Source of the DNA: Candidatus Latescibacterota bacterium
GTDB lineage: Bacteria > Latescibacterota > UBA2968
DNA length: 64,000 bases
Assembly: GCA_965198115.1 (NCBI GenBank)
Contig: OZ240241.1
Location: 5,184,001 to 5,248,000 of the forward strand
Direction: 5' to 3'
Shown: positions 19,749-29,174 of the stretch, piece by piece
Layout: each line of letters begins with the position of its first letter
Numbering within the stretch: the first letter of the stretch is position 1
Notes under the pieces: model-generated
Database searches by the model: none
Told to the model about the DNA's origin: nothing
What the model saw: the letters and a program-made list of their open reading frames with translations, nothing else
Translations under genes and position numbers: made by a program

Positions 19749-20759
19749 ATGGAGCGACGATCGATCGGGCACACGGACATTGAGGTGTCGCCCGTCGCCC
19801 TCGGAGGTTGGCCCATCACGGGCATCACCAGCCTCGACGTGAACGAGCCGGACAGCCTGGCAACGATCCGGGCGTGCCTCGATCACGGAATAAACTTCAT
19901 CGACACCGCCTACTGCTACGGCGCCAATGGCGAAAGCGAAAAGCTCATTCGTCGCGCCCTGGGCGATCGTCGGGACGAGATGGTCATCGCGACAAAGGCG
20001 GGCGTGCACTGGGAACCCGACGGTCGCCAGACGCACGACGGCCTACCGGATACGCTCAAACGGGAATGCGAGGAAAGCCTGCGGCGACTGGGCACGGACC
20101 GGGTCGACCTCCTCTACCTGCATCGTCCCGATCCCGATGTTCCCGTCGCCGAATCGGCGGGTGCGCTGTGTAGCCTGATAGAAGCTGGAAAGGCGAAGTC
20201 AATCGGCGTGTCGAACTTCGGTGTGGAACACCTCGAGGCCTTTCACGCCGTCTGCCCCATCTCCGCCTATCAGCCGTGCTACAACATGCTGCAGCGGGAG
20301 ATCGAAGCCAGCACCCTGCCCTGGTGCCGTGAGCACGATGTGTCGGTCATGGTCTACTGGCCGCTGATGCTGGGATTGCTGGCCGGCAAACTGACACGGG
20401 ATCACATCTTCCCTTCTCGCGACGGGCGGGCGAAGTATCCTATGTTCCAGGGCGAGGAATATCAGAAAAACATGGACTTCGTGGAGCGGTTAGGCGAGGT
20501 GGCCGATGAAGCAGGTAAAACCGTCGCGCAGGTCGTCATCAACTGGACGACCCACCAACCGGGTGTGACCGTCGCGATTTGCGGGACTAAGCGGGCGAGC
20601 CAGGTGGCAGATAACGCTGGTGCGATGGGCTGGGAACTTTCGTCCGATCAGCTTGCGCACATAGACCGAGCCCTGGACGACAGAGGCGAACCGGTCACCG
20701 TCTCCCCAACCCCCGCGATGAGTGCCCGGGCAGATGGAACACCTGGGCGCGTCGAGTAA
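19749..20759 (+). CDS. Aldo/keto reductase
   Basis: FIDTAYCYG, SLRRLGTDRVDLLYLH, IGVSNF; ATG 2 nt after the P450 stop. Confidence 0.93.
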   Translation: MERRSIGHTDIEVSPVALGGWPITGITSLDVNEPDSLATIRACLDHGINFIDTAYCYGANGESEKLIRRALGDRRDEMVIATKAGVHWEPDGRQTHDGLPDTLKRECEESLRRLGTDRVDLLYLHRPDPDVPVAESAGALCSLIEAGKAKSIGVSNFGVEHLEAFHAVCPISAYQPCYNMLQREIEASTLPWCREHDVSVMVYWPLMLGLLAGKLTRDHIFPSRDGRAKYPMFQGEEYQKNMDFVERLGEVADEAGKTVAQVVINWTTHQPGVTVAICGTKRASQVADNAGAMGWELSSDQLAHIDRALDDRGEPVTVSPTPAMSARADGTPGRVE

Positions 20760-20866
20760 AATCCCGTGCTCATCTCTTCCTAACGCATCCGATCGAAGGA
20801 ACCCGACGCGAGATTGGAAAGTGTCGCAGAAGCCCCGCTCATCCACACATCCTGGGGGGACTGGCC

Positions 20867-21658
20867 TTGCAACTGACTGACCAGCAACTGAACCATTTTC
20901 AGACATTCGGATTTCTGATCTTTCGACAGCTTCTTTCGCCAGACGAGATAGCCCGATATGGTGTTGAATTCAACACGGGTCTGGACACGTGGCTCGATGG
21001 CGGAGAGCACGATCGAAAGGAGCCCCACTACGCTTCGCTGATGGAAGAAGCGTCCCCCTTCATCGCGTCGTTGGCAGACGACCCGCGCTTCGCCGACGTT
21101 GCGGAACAATTGTTCGGGAAAGCGATGATGTGTATCGCAGTGGACGGGAATTACATGGTGGGCGACACGAAGTGGCACCCCGATACAAATTCGCTGGACT
21201 ACGAAGCAGTCAAGTTCTGCGTCTATCCTGATCCGTTGAACGCAAGCAACGGTGCCCTCCGCGTGATCCCGGGCTCACATCGGGAGCCCCTCCACAGCGC
21301 GCTCAGCCGCGATCCCCAAACCACGTTCGGCCTTTCTCCAGCGGATCTACCTGCTTACGCCTTCGAGTCCAGCCCGGGCGACCTGATTGTCTTCAATGTG
21401 GGAGTATGGCACGCGTCGTTCGGAGGTGGGAATCATCGCCGACAGGGCGTTGTCGTCTACTACGAAGAGCCCGACACGCCGGAAGCGACCGAAAAGGTCC
21501 AGGAACAGATGCACGGCAACCACAAGATGTTCGCGCGAAAGGGTCGGAACATGTACGGCGATCACTGGCGGTCCATTGACGATCCCCGACACCAACGGTG
21601 GCTTCGTCGCCTGGATGAGCTCGGCGTGCTCGAAACGCCGTCAGAGGAAGAGATTTAG
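20867..21658 (+). CDS. PhyH-family dioxygenase (paralogue A1)
   Basis: FQTFGF, KWHPD, LRVIPGSH, VWHAS; near-identical to 24768-25559. Confidence 0.9.
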   Translation: MQLTDQQLNHFQTFGFLIFRQLLSPDEIARYGVEFNTGLDTWLDGGEHDRKEPHYASLMEEASPFIASLADDPRFADVAEQLFGKAMMCIAVDGNYMVGDTKWHPDTNSLDYEAVKFCVYPDPLNASNGALRVIPGSHREPLHSALSRDPQTTFGLSPADLPAYAFESSPGDLIVFNVGVWHASFGGGNHRRQGVVVYYEEPDTPEATEKVQEQMHGNHKMFARKGRNMYGDHWRSIDDPRHQRWLRRLDELGVLETPSEEEI

Positions 21659-21668
21659 CGGGAAGAAG

Positions 21669-21706
21669 AAAGCTACCGACCTGAGGCCAGAGACAGATCG
21701 GTGCCT
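21669..21706 (+). pseudogene. Stub of the 5' end of the enolase-superfamily gene at 25556
   Basis: AAAGCTACCGACCTGAGGCCAGAGACAGATCGGTGCC matches AAGATAACCGACCTGAGGGTCCGAGAAGTATCGGTCCC. Confidence 0.55.
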
Positions 21707-22498
21707 CTATTCAGGACCTTCCGACAATACCGGGAAGATTTCTCCCTCGATAGGATCCCCTTCCTCAAACCCTATAGGCACCGTCAGCGGGTCTCCCCAC
21801 TGATTGTGCGTCGTGCCATCGGGCATGTAAACCATGATCATCGCCCGGCGTTCCCGGTCGGACCGGTTAGCGGTCCCCTGGTGCAGTGTGCGTGCATCGT
21901 GGAAGGTGCAACTGCCTGCCTTCATCCGCACGACGTGAGCCTCCTTGCCCTCTAGTTCGGGATACGCACGATACATATCCTCGGTCGTCGTGTGGTTGAT
22001 ACCACCTTGGTTTTCGAACGGGGGCAGTTTATGCGAACCGGGAAAAAAACAGAGGGTGCCGTTGTGTTCATCCACATCGTCCAACGCCATCCAACAGGAT
22101 AGCGCACCGGCCTGCTGCATGGGGAAATAGGGTAGATCCTGATGCCACGGCGTGGGCAGGCTTTCCCCAGATTCGGTCGTCTTGATCATCAGATGATCGT
22201 GGAATAGCCGAATCTTCTTCGTCCGCGTCAGACGTCTGGCCATCTCGGCGAGCCTTGAATTGAACACGAACCGCCGGATGCCCTCGTGGTCTCTCCACAG
22301 ATTCAACCGGTGGACCTGCAGAATCCGGCCATACGAGTCATCCTCGTGTCTCTCCACTTCATCCATCGCCTTGTCCAACTTCATCTGGCGCGCCTGCTCG
22401 ACCGAAGTTCGGAGATCCTCCAGTTCCTCCTGGGTGAGCGCATCGTTCACCTGGAGGAATCCATTCTCTTCGTAAAACGCGATCTGTTCTTCAGTCAT
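21707..22498 (-). CDS. PhyH-family dioxygenase
   Basis: YEENGF, TPWHQD, WMALDDVD..NG...PGSH, FH..RTLH...N.SDRERRA. Confidence 0.93.
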   Translation of the reverse strand: MTEEQIAFYEENGFLQVNDALTQEELEDLRTSVEQARQMKLDKAMDEVERHEDDSYGRILQVHRLNLWRDHEGIRRFVFNSRLAEMARRLTRTKKIRLFHDHLMIKTTESGESLPTPWHQDLPYFPMQQAGALSCWMALDDVDEHNGTLCFFPGSHKLPPFENQGGINHTTTEDMYRAYPELEGKEAHVVRMKAGSCTFHDARTLHQGTANRSDRERRAMIMVYMPDGTTHNQWGDPLTVPIGFEEGDPIEGEIFPVLSEGPE

Positions 22499-22546
22499 CC
22501 GAGGTTCCTCCTGAAGAACGCGCTCACGTGTGCCGGCCTTGAGTCG

Positions 22547-23731
22547 CTAATTCCGCCTGATCGACCCGACATCCTCCCATCGCTCCGTATCCCACGACCG
22601 CTGAATGGCTGCCTGGACACCGGCCACACTTAGCGCCTCCTCGAATCCAGGCTCCCCCTGCTTCCCGTCGACGATGGATCTCGAAAACTGATAGGCTTCG
22701 ATCAGCTTGAGATCTTCGTAGCTCATACTCGAAGCAGGACCCGGATAGAAATGCGTGTAGTGAGGGTGATCCGGTCTTACCTGGATATTCGTATGGCCAT
22801 CGTGGCCCCTTTCTTCACCCGGCAGATAAAGATCCAGCTCGTTCATCCGCTCGAAGTTCCAGCTCAGCGCGCCCTCCGTGCCATTCACCTCGAACGCCAT
22901 CTCGCATTGGGGTCCATTCACTACCCGGCAGGCTTCCAGCGTACCCTGAACCCCATTCTCGAATCGCAGTAGCGCACCGACATAGTCCTCGTTCGTCACA
23001 TCGACCATCGGGGCATCCGTGCTGACGCTGAAATGCGTCCCTTCGCCGGGAGTCGCGGTTGGTCGCTGGGGAATGAACGTCTCTTGATTGGCGACAACGC
23101 GTCGAATCGGCCCCGCTATCGTGTGGGCCATGTCGATCGTGTGGGACATCAGGTCGCCGAGGGTCCCGAGCCCCGCGAGATCGCGATCGAAACGCCACGA
23201 CAGAACTCCGTGTGGGTTGCTGCCATATCCTACCAGAAACCGTCCTCGGTAGTGGGTCAATCTTCCGAGCCGCCCATCCCGGACTAGCCGACGGGCGTGC
23301 TGCACCACAGGTGCCCAGCGGTAGTTGTAGCCGACACCGGTCAGGACGCCTGCCCCTCGTGCAAGCTGCTCAATCTCAGCGGTCTCCTCCGGAAAGCACC
23401 CCACCGGCTTTTCGCAGAAAATGTGTTTTCCCGCTTTAGCTGCTGCACGCACGATCTCGAGATGCACGTTGTTCGGCGCCGCAATGACGACCACGTCCAC
23501 TTTCGGTGAGTCGATCACCTGGTGCCAGTCTGTCGTGAAGTGCTCGAAATCGAAAAGCTCCCCCACGTGGCTGGCGCGCTTTTCCACCTCGTCGGCGCAC
23601 ACAACCAAACGGGTCCGGATGCCGCTTTCCGGAAAGCGACTGGGAATCTGCTGATATGCACGGCTGTGGACGGTGCCCATCCACCCCATTCCGATCACGC
23701 CCACGCCGATCGGCCTGTTCATGGCTCGCAC
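22547..23731 (-). CDS. Gfo/Idh/MocA oxidoreductase (inositol/sugar dehydrogenase-like)
   Basis: IGMGWMG, CEKP, GYNYR, DLMSH, NED. Confidence 0.92.
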   Translation of the reverse strand: MRAMNRPIGVGVIGMGWMGTVHSRAYQQIPSRFPESGIRTRLVVCADEVEKRASHVGELFDFEHFTTDWHQVIDSPKVDVVVIAAPNNVHLEIVRAAAKAGKHIFCEKPVGCFPEETAEIEQLARGAGVLTGVGYNYRWAPVVQHARRLVRDGRLGRLTHYRGRFLVGYGSNPHGVLSWRFDRDLAGLGTLGDLMSHTIDMAHTIAGPIRRVVANQETFIPQRPTATPGEGTHFSVSTDAPMVDVTNEDYVGALLRFENGVQGTLEACRVVNGPQCEMAFEVNGTEGALSWNFERMNELDLYLPGEERGHDGHTNIQVRPDHPHYTHFYPGPASSMSYEDLKLIEAYQFSRSIVDGKQGEPGFEEALSVAGVQAAIQRSWDTERWEDVGSIRRN

Positions 23732-23879
23732 TCTCCTCTTTCGGCGTCACATTTGGCCGTCATCATTTTCTCGACGTTCGGCCATCCATATCGCATCTTG
23801 CTCTGCCGCTATATACGGAATGTTGCCGGCAAGAGCGAATCGCTGAGAGGCCACACCCTCAATCAGGAAGAGGTTGAAA

Positions 23880-24743
23880 ATGGCAAGTCCCACTAGCGAA
23901 TCCCTTCCCCATCCCAGAATCGACGATCGGGACTGGACCCAGCTCACCCTCGGCCAGCAGATCCAGCACCTCGAAGTCGAAGGCTATGTCATCCTGCCGG
24001 AGCGACTGGATGCCGATCACATTGGACGGCTCAAAAAGCAAACGCCGCTGTTCGAAACCATCCACACAGACTACAGCGTGCATCAGCGGAGCACGGGGGG
24101 CATCCAGTTCGCCGGAGGCGCGATCACTGAACTTATCGCGTATCCCCCGCTGATCGATTTCCTTGGAGTTCTCTTTGGCGATGAAATGGTCTGCATGTCC
24201 TACGACTATGCCCGCTCCGAGCCCGGGCATCCCGGCATCAGCCTGCATTGCGACGGCCAGCCCTGGGGATCGCACATCTTCGCGGCAGAATACACCTGCC
24301 CGAAACTCGTGCGCGTCCTCTATTACTTGGACGAGCTGATTCCTGATGTGTCTCCGTTCAAGGTCATCCCGCGCTCCCATCTCAGCTATCACAACGAGGC
24401 CAATCCATACCTCCGTTACGAAACACATCCCGAAGAGGTCATGGTGACCTGCAAGGCTGGCTCGATTCTACTCATCGACAACTGCGTGTTCCACGGCAAC
24501 TACGCCAACACCGGCACGTATGCGCGAGACGCTCTTCAGCTCTCCTATCGGCCTTCCTGGGCGGGACCGATCGACGACATCGAACCGTGGGACCCGGAAG
24601 AGGTCGCAAAACTTCCTCCCGAGGTCCAGGCGCTGATGGGCGACCGCAGCGGCCGAATATGGATTCCCGAAGGCGGCAACAAGCCGCCCGGCATGCGGAG
24701 CGAAGCACCGGGCATCGACCCCAGCCGCTGGAACCGAACATAG
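23880..24743 (+). CDS. PhyH-family dioxygenase
   Basis: EVEGYV, SLHCD, VIPRSH, FHGNYAN, R..LQLSYRPSWA. Confidence 0.88.
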   Translation: MASPTSESLPHPRIDDRDWTQLTLGQQIQHLEVEGYVILPERLDADHIGRLKKQTPLFETIHTDYSVHQRSTGGIQFAGGAITELIAYPPLIDFLGVLFGDEMVCMSYDYARSEPGHPGISLHCDGQPWGSHIFAAEYTCPKLVRVLYYLDELIPDVSPFKVIPRSHLSYHNEANPYLRYETHPEEVMVTCKAGSILLIDNCVFHGNYANTGTYARDALQLSYRPSWAGPIDDIEPWDPEEVAKLPPEVQALMGDRSGRIWIPEGGNKPPGMRSEAPGIDPSRWNRT

Positions 24744-24767
24744 CCGACAACTCTGAGGTACGAATCG

Positions 24768-25559
24768 TTGCGCCTGACCGACCAACAGATGAACCACTTC
24801 GACACCTTCGGGTTCCTGATCTTCCGGAAGCTTCTCTCGCCCGATGAAGTAGCTCGATACAGCCGTGATTTCGACAACGGTCTGGACGCGTGGCTGGACG
24901 GCGGCGAGCACGACCGCAAGGAGCGCCACTACGCGACGCTCATGGAAGAGGCGTCCCCCTTCATCGCATCGCTGGCTGACGACCCGCGCTTCGGCGACGT
25001 TGCCGAGCAGTTGTTCCAGAAGGCCATGATGTGCATCGCAGTGGACGGGAGCTACATGGTCGGTGACACCAAATGGCATCCCGACACCAACTCGCTGGAC
25101 TACAAGGCGGTCAAATTCTGCGTCTATCCCGACCCGCTGAACGCGGACAACGGCGCCCTGCGGGTCATCCCCGGCTCGCAGCGGGAACCGCTCCACAGCG
25201 AACTCAACCGCGATCCCCAATCCGTTTTCGGCCTCCCACCGAACGAGCTGCCGGCATACGTCTTCACCTCGGAGCCCGGAGACGTGCTCGTGTTCAACGC
25301 TGGCCTGTGGCACGCGTCCTGCGGCGGCGGCGATCATCGACGGCAGGGCGTTCTGGTCTACTACGAAGAACCGGACACGCCGGAGGCGACCGAAAAGATT
25401 CAGGAACAGATGCGCAGCAACCACGCCATGTACGCCCGGAAAGGCCGGAAATTCTACGGTGACCACTGGCGGTCCATCGACGATCCCCGCCACCAGCGAT
25501 GGCTTCGGTGTTTGGACAGTCTCGGCGTACTCAATACGCCGAAAGAGGCAGAAGCGTGA
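24768..25559 (+). CDS. PhyH-family dioxygenase (paralogue A2)
   Basis: Same 263-aa length and motifs (KWHPD, LWHAS) as 20867-21658. Confidence 0.9.
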   Translation: MRLTDQQMNHFDTFGFLIFRKLLSPDEVARYSRDFDNGLDAWLDGGEHDRKERHYATLMEEASPFIASLADDPRFGDVAEQLFQKAMMCIAVDGSYMVGDTKWHPDTNSLDYKAVKFCVYPDPLNADNGALRVIPGSQREPLHSELNRDPQSVFGLPPNELPAYVFTSEPGDVLVFNAGLWHASCGGGDHRRQGVLVYYEEPDTPEATEKIQEQMRSNHAMYARKGRKFYGDHWRSIDDPRHQRWLRCLDSLGVLNTPKEAEA

Positions 25560-26761
25560 AGATAACCGACCTGAGGGTCCGAGAAGTATCGGTCCCCCGC
25601 ATCTACGAGACGCACGCATCGACCACGCGGCGATTTCAAACCGACGACGACCACGCGCGTTCCCGATATCAGATCGTCGAGCTCTTCACGGATGATGGCC
25701 CGGTCGGTTTAGGCGAGGTATCCGATATGGCCGGTCGGATGGACGCCCTGTCTGCCGTGGAACTCCGAGCCTTGCTTGCAGATGTCACGTTGGGCGCCGA
25801 TCTGGCACAGTGGAGAGAAATCTACGCACGCGCAGCAAGCGCACTACCGAAGTCATACCATCCCGAACTAAGGGGACTGACTCTATTCGCCTTAGAGATC
25901 GCGTTGCTCGATCTGGTTGGAAAGAAGTATGATGCGCCACTGTATGAACTCCTCGGTGGCCGTGTTCACGATCACATCGATGTCTCCTGGGTCGCCTTTT
26001 TGAGGGGCGATGTGCCGCTCGAGGAAGAGCTCGAAAGCCTGACCAACGAGATCAGGGAGAAGGTCCAGCAGGATTTCAGGGCGTTCAAGCTCAAAGTCGG
26101 TGAAGATCACAGCAGAGACCTGGCGCGGGTCGAGCTTTTCCGACAGATCGCGGGCCCTGACGCCTACCTGAAAGTTGATGCAAGCGGCGTGTGGGAAGAA
26201 GGCGAGGCGATTCAGAAACTGCAGGACATGTCCGAAGCGGGCGTGGATGCCTGCGAGACCCCCCTCGAAGCAGTCAGTCGCCCCGTTGCCAATGACAATC
26301 CGGAACAGATCAACGCGAATGCGGACGATGTCGCTAGGGCGCTTGCCCGCGTTCACGAAGTGTCCCCCATTGATATCATCGAGCACGTCGCCGATCTGGA
26401 CGATGGATTCTCTGCCGCCCTCGCAAGGCACAGGGCGGTCGACGTCATTAACGTCATCCCTTCGCAGGGCGGAGGCATCCTGAGAAGCCAGCGTCTCATC
26501 CACGTGGCAGAGGCGGCCGGTGTGCCCGCCCTCCTTGGCAGCACCATCGAGATGGGGCCTGGCACGGCTGCATTCGTACATCTCGCCGTCGCGTCCAGAA
26601 GCTTGACCGTTCCGTCGGACCTGGTCAGCCCGGGCCTCCTCGTCGACGACATTTGCACCGTGCCATTCCAGTTCGAAAACGGCACCCTGAGACCCTTTGA
26701 GAAGCCCGGATTGGGTGTTGAACTGGACGAATCGAAGATGGCGAAGTGGGCCATCGACTAG
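25556..26761 (+). CDS. Mandelate racemase/muconate lactonising enzyme (enolase superfamily)
   Basis: GLGE, EIALLDL.GK...P.YELLGG, FKLKVG, VDA, ETP, PGLGVELD; GTG overlaps upstream TGA. Confidence 0.9.
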   Translation: MKITDLRVREVSVPRIYETHASTTRRFQTDDDHARSRYQIVELFTDDGPVGLGEVSDMAGRMDALSAVELRALLADVTLGADLAQWREIYARAASALPKSYHPELRGLTLFALEIALLDLVGKKYDAPLYELLGGRVHDHIDVSWVAFLRGDVPLEEELESLTNEIREKVQQDFRAFKLKVGEDHSRDLARVELFRQIAGPDAYLKVDASGVWEEGEAIQKLQDMSEAGVDACETPLEAVSRPVANDNPEQINANADDVARALARVHEVSPIDIIEHVADLDDGFSAALARHRAVDVINVIPSQGGGILRSQRLIHVAEAAGVPALLGSTIEMGPGTAAFVHLAVASRSLTVPSDLVSPGLLVDDICTVPFQFENGTLRPFEKPGLGVELDESKMAKWAID

Positions 26762-27926
26762 TGTCACGTCCCGCGTATAAGCTTCAAAAGTTTATGGACT
26801 TTCTCGAGGATTGAATCTGCCGTGGCGGTCCAGACGAAGGGTGTAGAATTCTCGTTGTAGTGATCAGTGAATTTCTTGATGCAGGCGATCAGGTCCTTGA
26901 CGCTTCTGAAGGTGCCTCGTCGAATGGCTCTTTGGGTGATGATACCGAACCAGATCTCTACCTGGTTCAGCCAGGAGGCATATGTTGGTGTGTAGTGCAC
27001 GTGATATCGTTTCCGTGAGGCGAGCCAACGCTTGACGTTCGGGTGCTTGTGCGTGCCGTAATTATCGACGACCAGATGGATGTCGAGATCCTTTGGGACG
27101 TTCTTGTCGATGTGCTTGAGGAACTGAAGGAACTCTTTGTTGCGGTGTCTGGGCTTGCACTGAGTCAGAACTTTGCCGGATGCGATGTTGAGCGCTGCAA
27201 AGAGGGTGGTCGTGCCGTTCCGGATATAGCTATGAGTGACGCCCTCGACGTATCCGAGACCCAAAGGAAGAATCGGTTGTGTCCGTTCGAGTGCTTGAAT
27301 CTGGCTCTTCTCGTCTACACAGAGCACCATCGCGTTGTCCGGTGGGTTCAGGTATAGACCGACGATATCCCTGACTTTCTCGACGAAGAAGGGATCGTTC
27401 GACAGTTTGAAGTGCTTCTGTCGATGCGGTTGCAGTCCAAAAGCTTTCCATACACGTTGAACCGAGGACTTGGAGAGCCCCGTCTCGTCGGCCATCGAAC
27501 GACAGGTCCAGTGGGTGGCACCCTTCGGTTGCTTCTTGAGCGTCTTGTAGATGAGGGAGGAGATCTCTTCGTCGCTGACCGACCGTGGCCCTCCAGGACG
27601 CAATTCGTCATACAGTCCCATCAAGCCTTGCTCGCAGAAGCGACGACGCCACTTGCCGACAGACGCTCCGGACAACCCGACTCGTTCCGCGATCTCCTGA
27701 TTGGTCAGACCGCAATCGCTCATCAAGACGATCTTCGCGCGACGCACCAAAGCGTGAGACATGCTACGCGAACGAGACAATGACTCGAGTTGATCGTGGA
27801 CCTCATCACTGATGTTCAGTGGCTGTAACGGACGACCTCTAGCCATCGGTTCCTCCCAAGAATGAGTGCTTGAGGAACCATACGACAGAATCGAATATTT
27901 TTCTAGTTATTCCTGGGACGTGACAC
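26761..27926 (-). mobile_element. IS630-family insertion sequence
   Basis: IRs GTGTCACGTCCC / GGGACGTGACAC, each end in CTAG context (TA duplication). Confidence 0.93.
26764..27846 (-). CDS. IS630-family transposase
   Basis: HTH N-terminus, CVDEKSQIQAL, DNYGTHK, WLNQVE.WF. Confidence 0.96.
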   Translation of the reverse strand: MARGRPLQPLNISDEVHDQLESLSRSRSMSHALVRRAKIVLMSDCGLTNQEIAERVGLSGASVGKWRRRFCEQGLMGLYDELRPGGPRSVSDEEISSLIYKTLKKQPKGATHWTCRSMADETGLSKSSVQRVWKAFGLQPHRQKHFKLSNDPFFVEKVRDIVGLYLNPPDNAMVLCVDEKSQIQALERTQPILPLGLGYVEGVTHSYIRNGTTTLFAALNIASGKVLTQCKPRHRNKEFLQFLKHIDKNVPKDLDIHLVVDNYGTHKHPNVKRWLASRKRYHVHYTPTYASWLNQVEIWFGIITQRAIRRGTFRSVKDLIACIKKFTDHYNENSTPFVWTATADSILEKVHKLLKLIRGT

Positions 27927-27972
27927 TAGTGGCCTGTCACATAAAGTCGCACTGTGGAAGGACAAGGAGCAA

Positions 27973-28003
27973 GGTCACTTCGAGCACCTCGAACTGACGC
28001 CGC
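27973..28003 (-). repeat. Internally deleted copy of the ~82-bp palindromic repeat
   Basis: Reverse complement GCGGCGTCAGTTCGAG-GTG-CTCGAAGTGACC equals both ends of the 35985 and 61525 copies. Confidence 0.7.
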
Positions 28004-28076
28004 GAGGAAACGATGCCAAGAAAGACAGCATGACTTCCGTTACAATCGACTAGGAGCGGATCAGCTGAAAACATCT

Positions 28077-29174
28077 ATGGTTCCCCAACTCCCCGACCTC
28101 GCACGCCTCCGCGACCTGGACAGCCGGTGTATCTCACCCGAGAACCCCACGGGCGCCAAGGGAAAGGGGGCCACTGAAGGGAACGGATGGAAGGGCGCAC
28201 CCTTCGTGCGGCCGTTCCCCAAAGACACGACCGTCACGATGGCAGACATCGACGGGCCCGGGATGATCCGGCATATCTGGTTTGCCCTGGGAACGGAAAA
28301 GGGCGCCGCAGAAGATTACGAAGCCTGTCGGAACGTCATCCTTCGTTGCTACTGGGACGGTCAGAAACACCCATCGGTCGAGTGCCCCATCGGCGACTTT
28401 TTCGGGATCGCCCACGGCCGGCGGCGGGCTTTCACATCCGCGCTGATGACGAACACGAACGGCGCGGCAATGAACAGCTATCTGCCAATGCCGTTCTCAA
28501 CCGCACGGATTACGATCGAAAACGACACCGGCTATCAGACGGACCTCGCTTACTTCATCGACTACACGCTCGGAGACGACGTCGCCGATTCCGGGCGCCT
28601 TCACGCGCTCTTCAAGCGGGAGAATCCGGTCACCGCCGGGGTCGACTATGCAATCCTACCAAAGGTCGCGGGACGCGGCGTCTACGTCGGCGCGATCCTG
28701 GGCGTCCGGGCGCTGGACCACGATGACCATATCGACACGTGGTGGGGCGAAGGCGAGGTGAAAATGTATATCGACGGGGACGACCGCCATCCGACGATCG
28801 TGGGCTCCGGCACAGAGGACTACTTCTGCAGCGCCTCCGGCATCGAGCCACACGCCACGCCCTATTCAGGTGCTCCCTACTGCCACGGCCGACTGTTCAG
28901 CTGCTATCGATGGCACGTAGCCGACCCCGTCTACTTCCAGGAGGATCTACGCGTCGAAGTTCAACACATGGGTAACGACATGCGCGTGATCCACGATCCC
29001 AGGAAGCGATACATCGAGCGGATTGACGATTACGCCTCTGTTGCCTTCTGGTATCAGGATCTCCCATCGCAGCCGTTGCCTGGATTGCTCGGAAGGCACG
29101 ATCGCACGGTCGACCTCGAGCTTCAGACCGACGAAGTGGCGTTGTTGAGCTCGAAATGGGAAACAGTATCGTGA
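28077..29174 (+). CDS. DUF2961 / GH172-like glycoside hydrolase
   Basis: ENPTG.KG, GPG.IRHIW, YWDG...PSVECP.GDFFG, WWGEGE, GSGTEDYF, YRWH..DP. Confidence 0.92.
   Translation: MVPQLPDLARLRDLDSRCISPENPTGAKGKGATEGNGWKGAPFVRPFPKDTTVTMADIDGPGMIRHIWFALGTEKGAAEDYEACRNVILRCYWDGQKHPSVECPIGDFFGIAHGRRRAFTSALMTNTNGAAMNSYLPMPFSTARITIENDTGYQTDLAYFIDYTLGDDVADSGRLHALFKRENPVTAGVDYAILPKVAGRGVYVGAILGVRALDHDDHIDTWWGEGEVKMYIDGDDRHPTIVGSGTEDYFCSASGIEPHATPYSGAPYCHGRLFSCYRWHVADPVYFQEDLRVEVQHMGNDMRVIHDPRKRYIERIDDYASVAFWYQDLPSQPLPGLLGRHDRTVDLELQTDEVALLSSKWETVS

Noticed and set aside
20790-20866. Possible remnant of the 23880 gene's 3' end upstream of A1 (EAPLIH vs EAPGID)
   Set aside because: Match too short to distinguish from chance by eye
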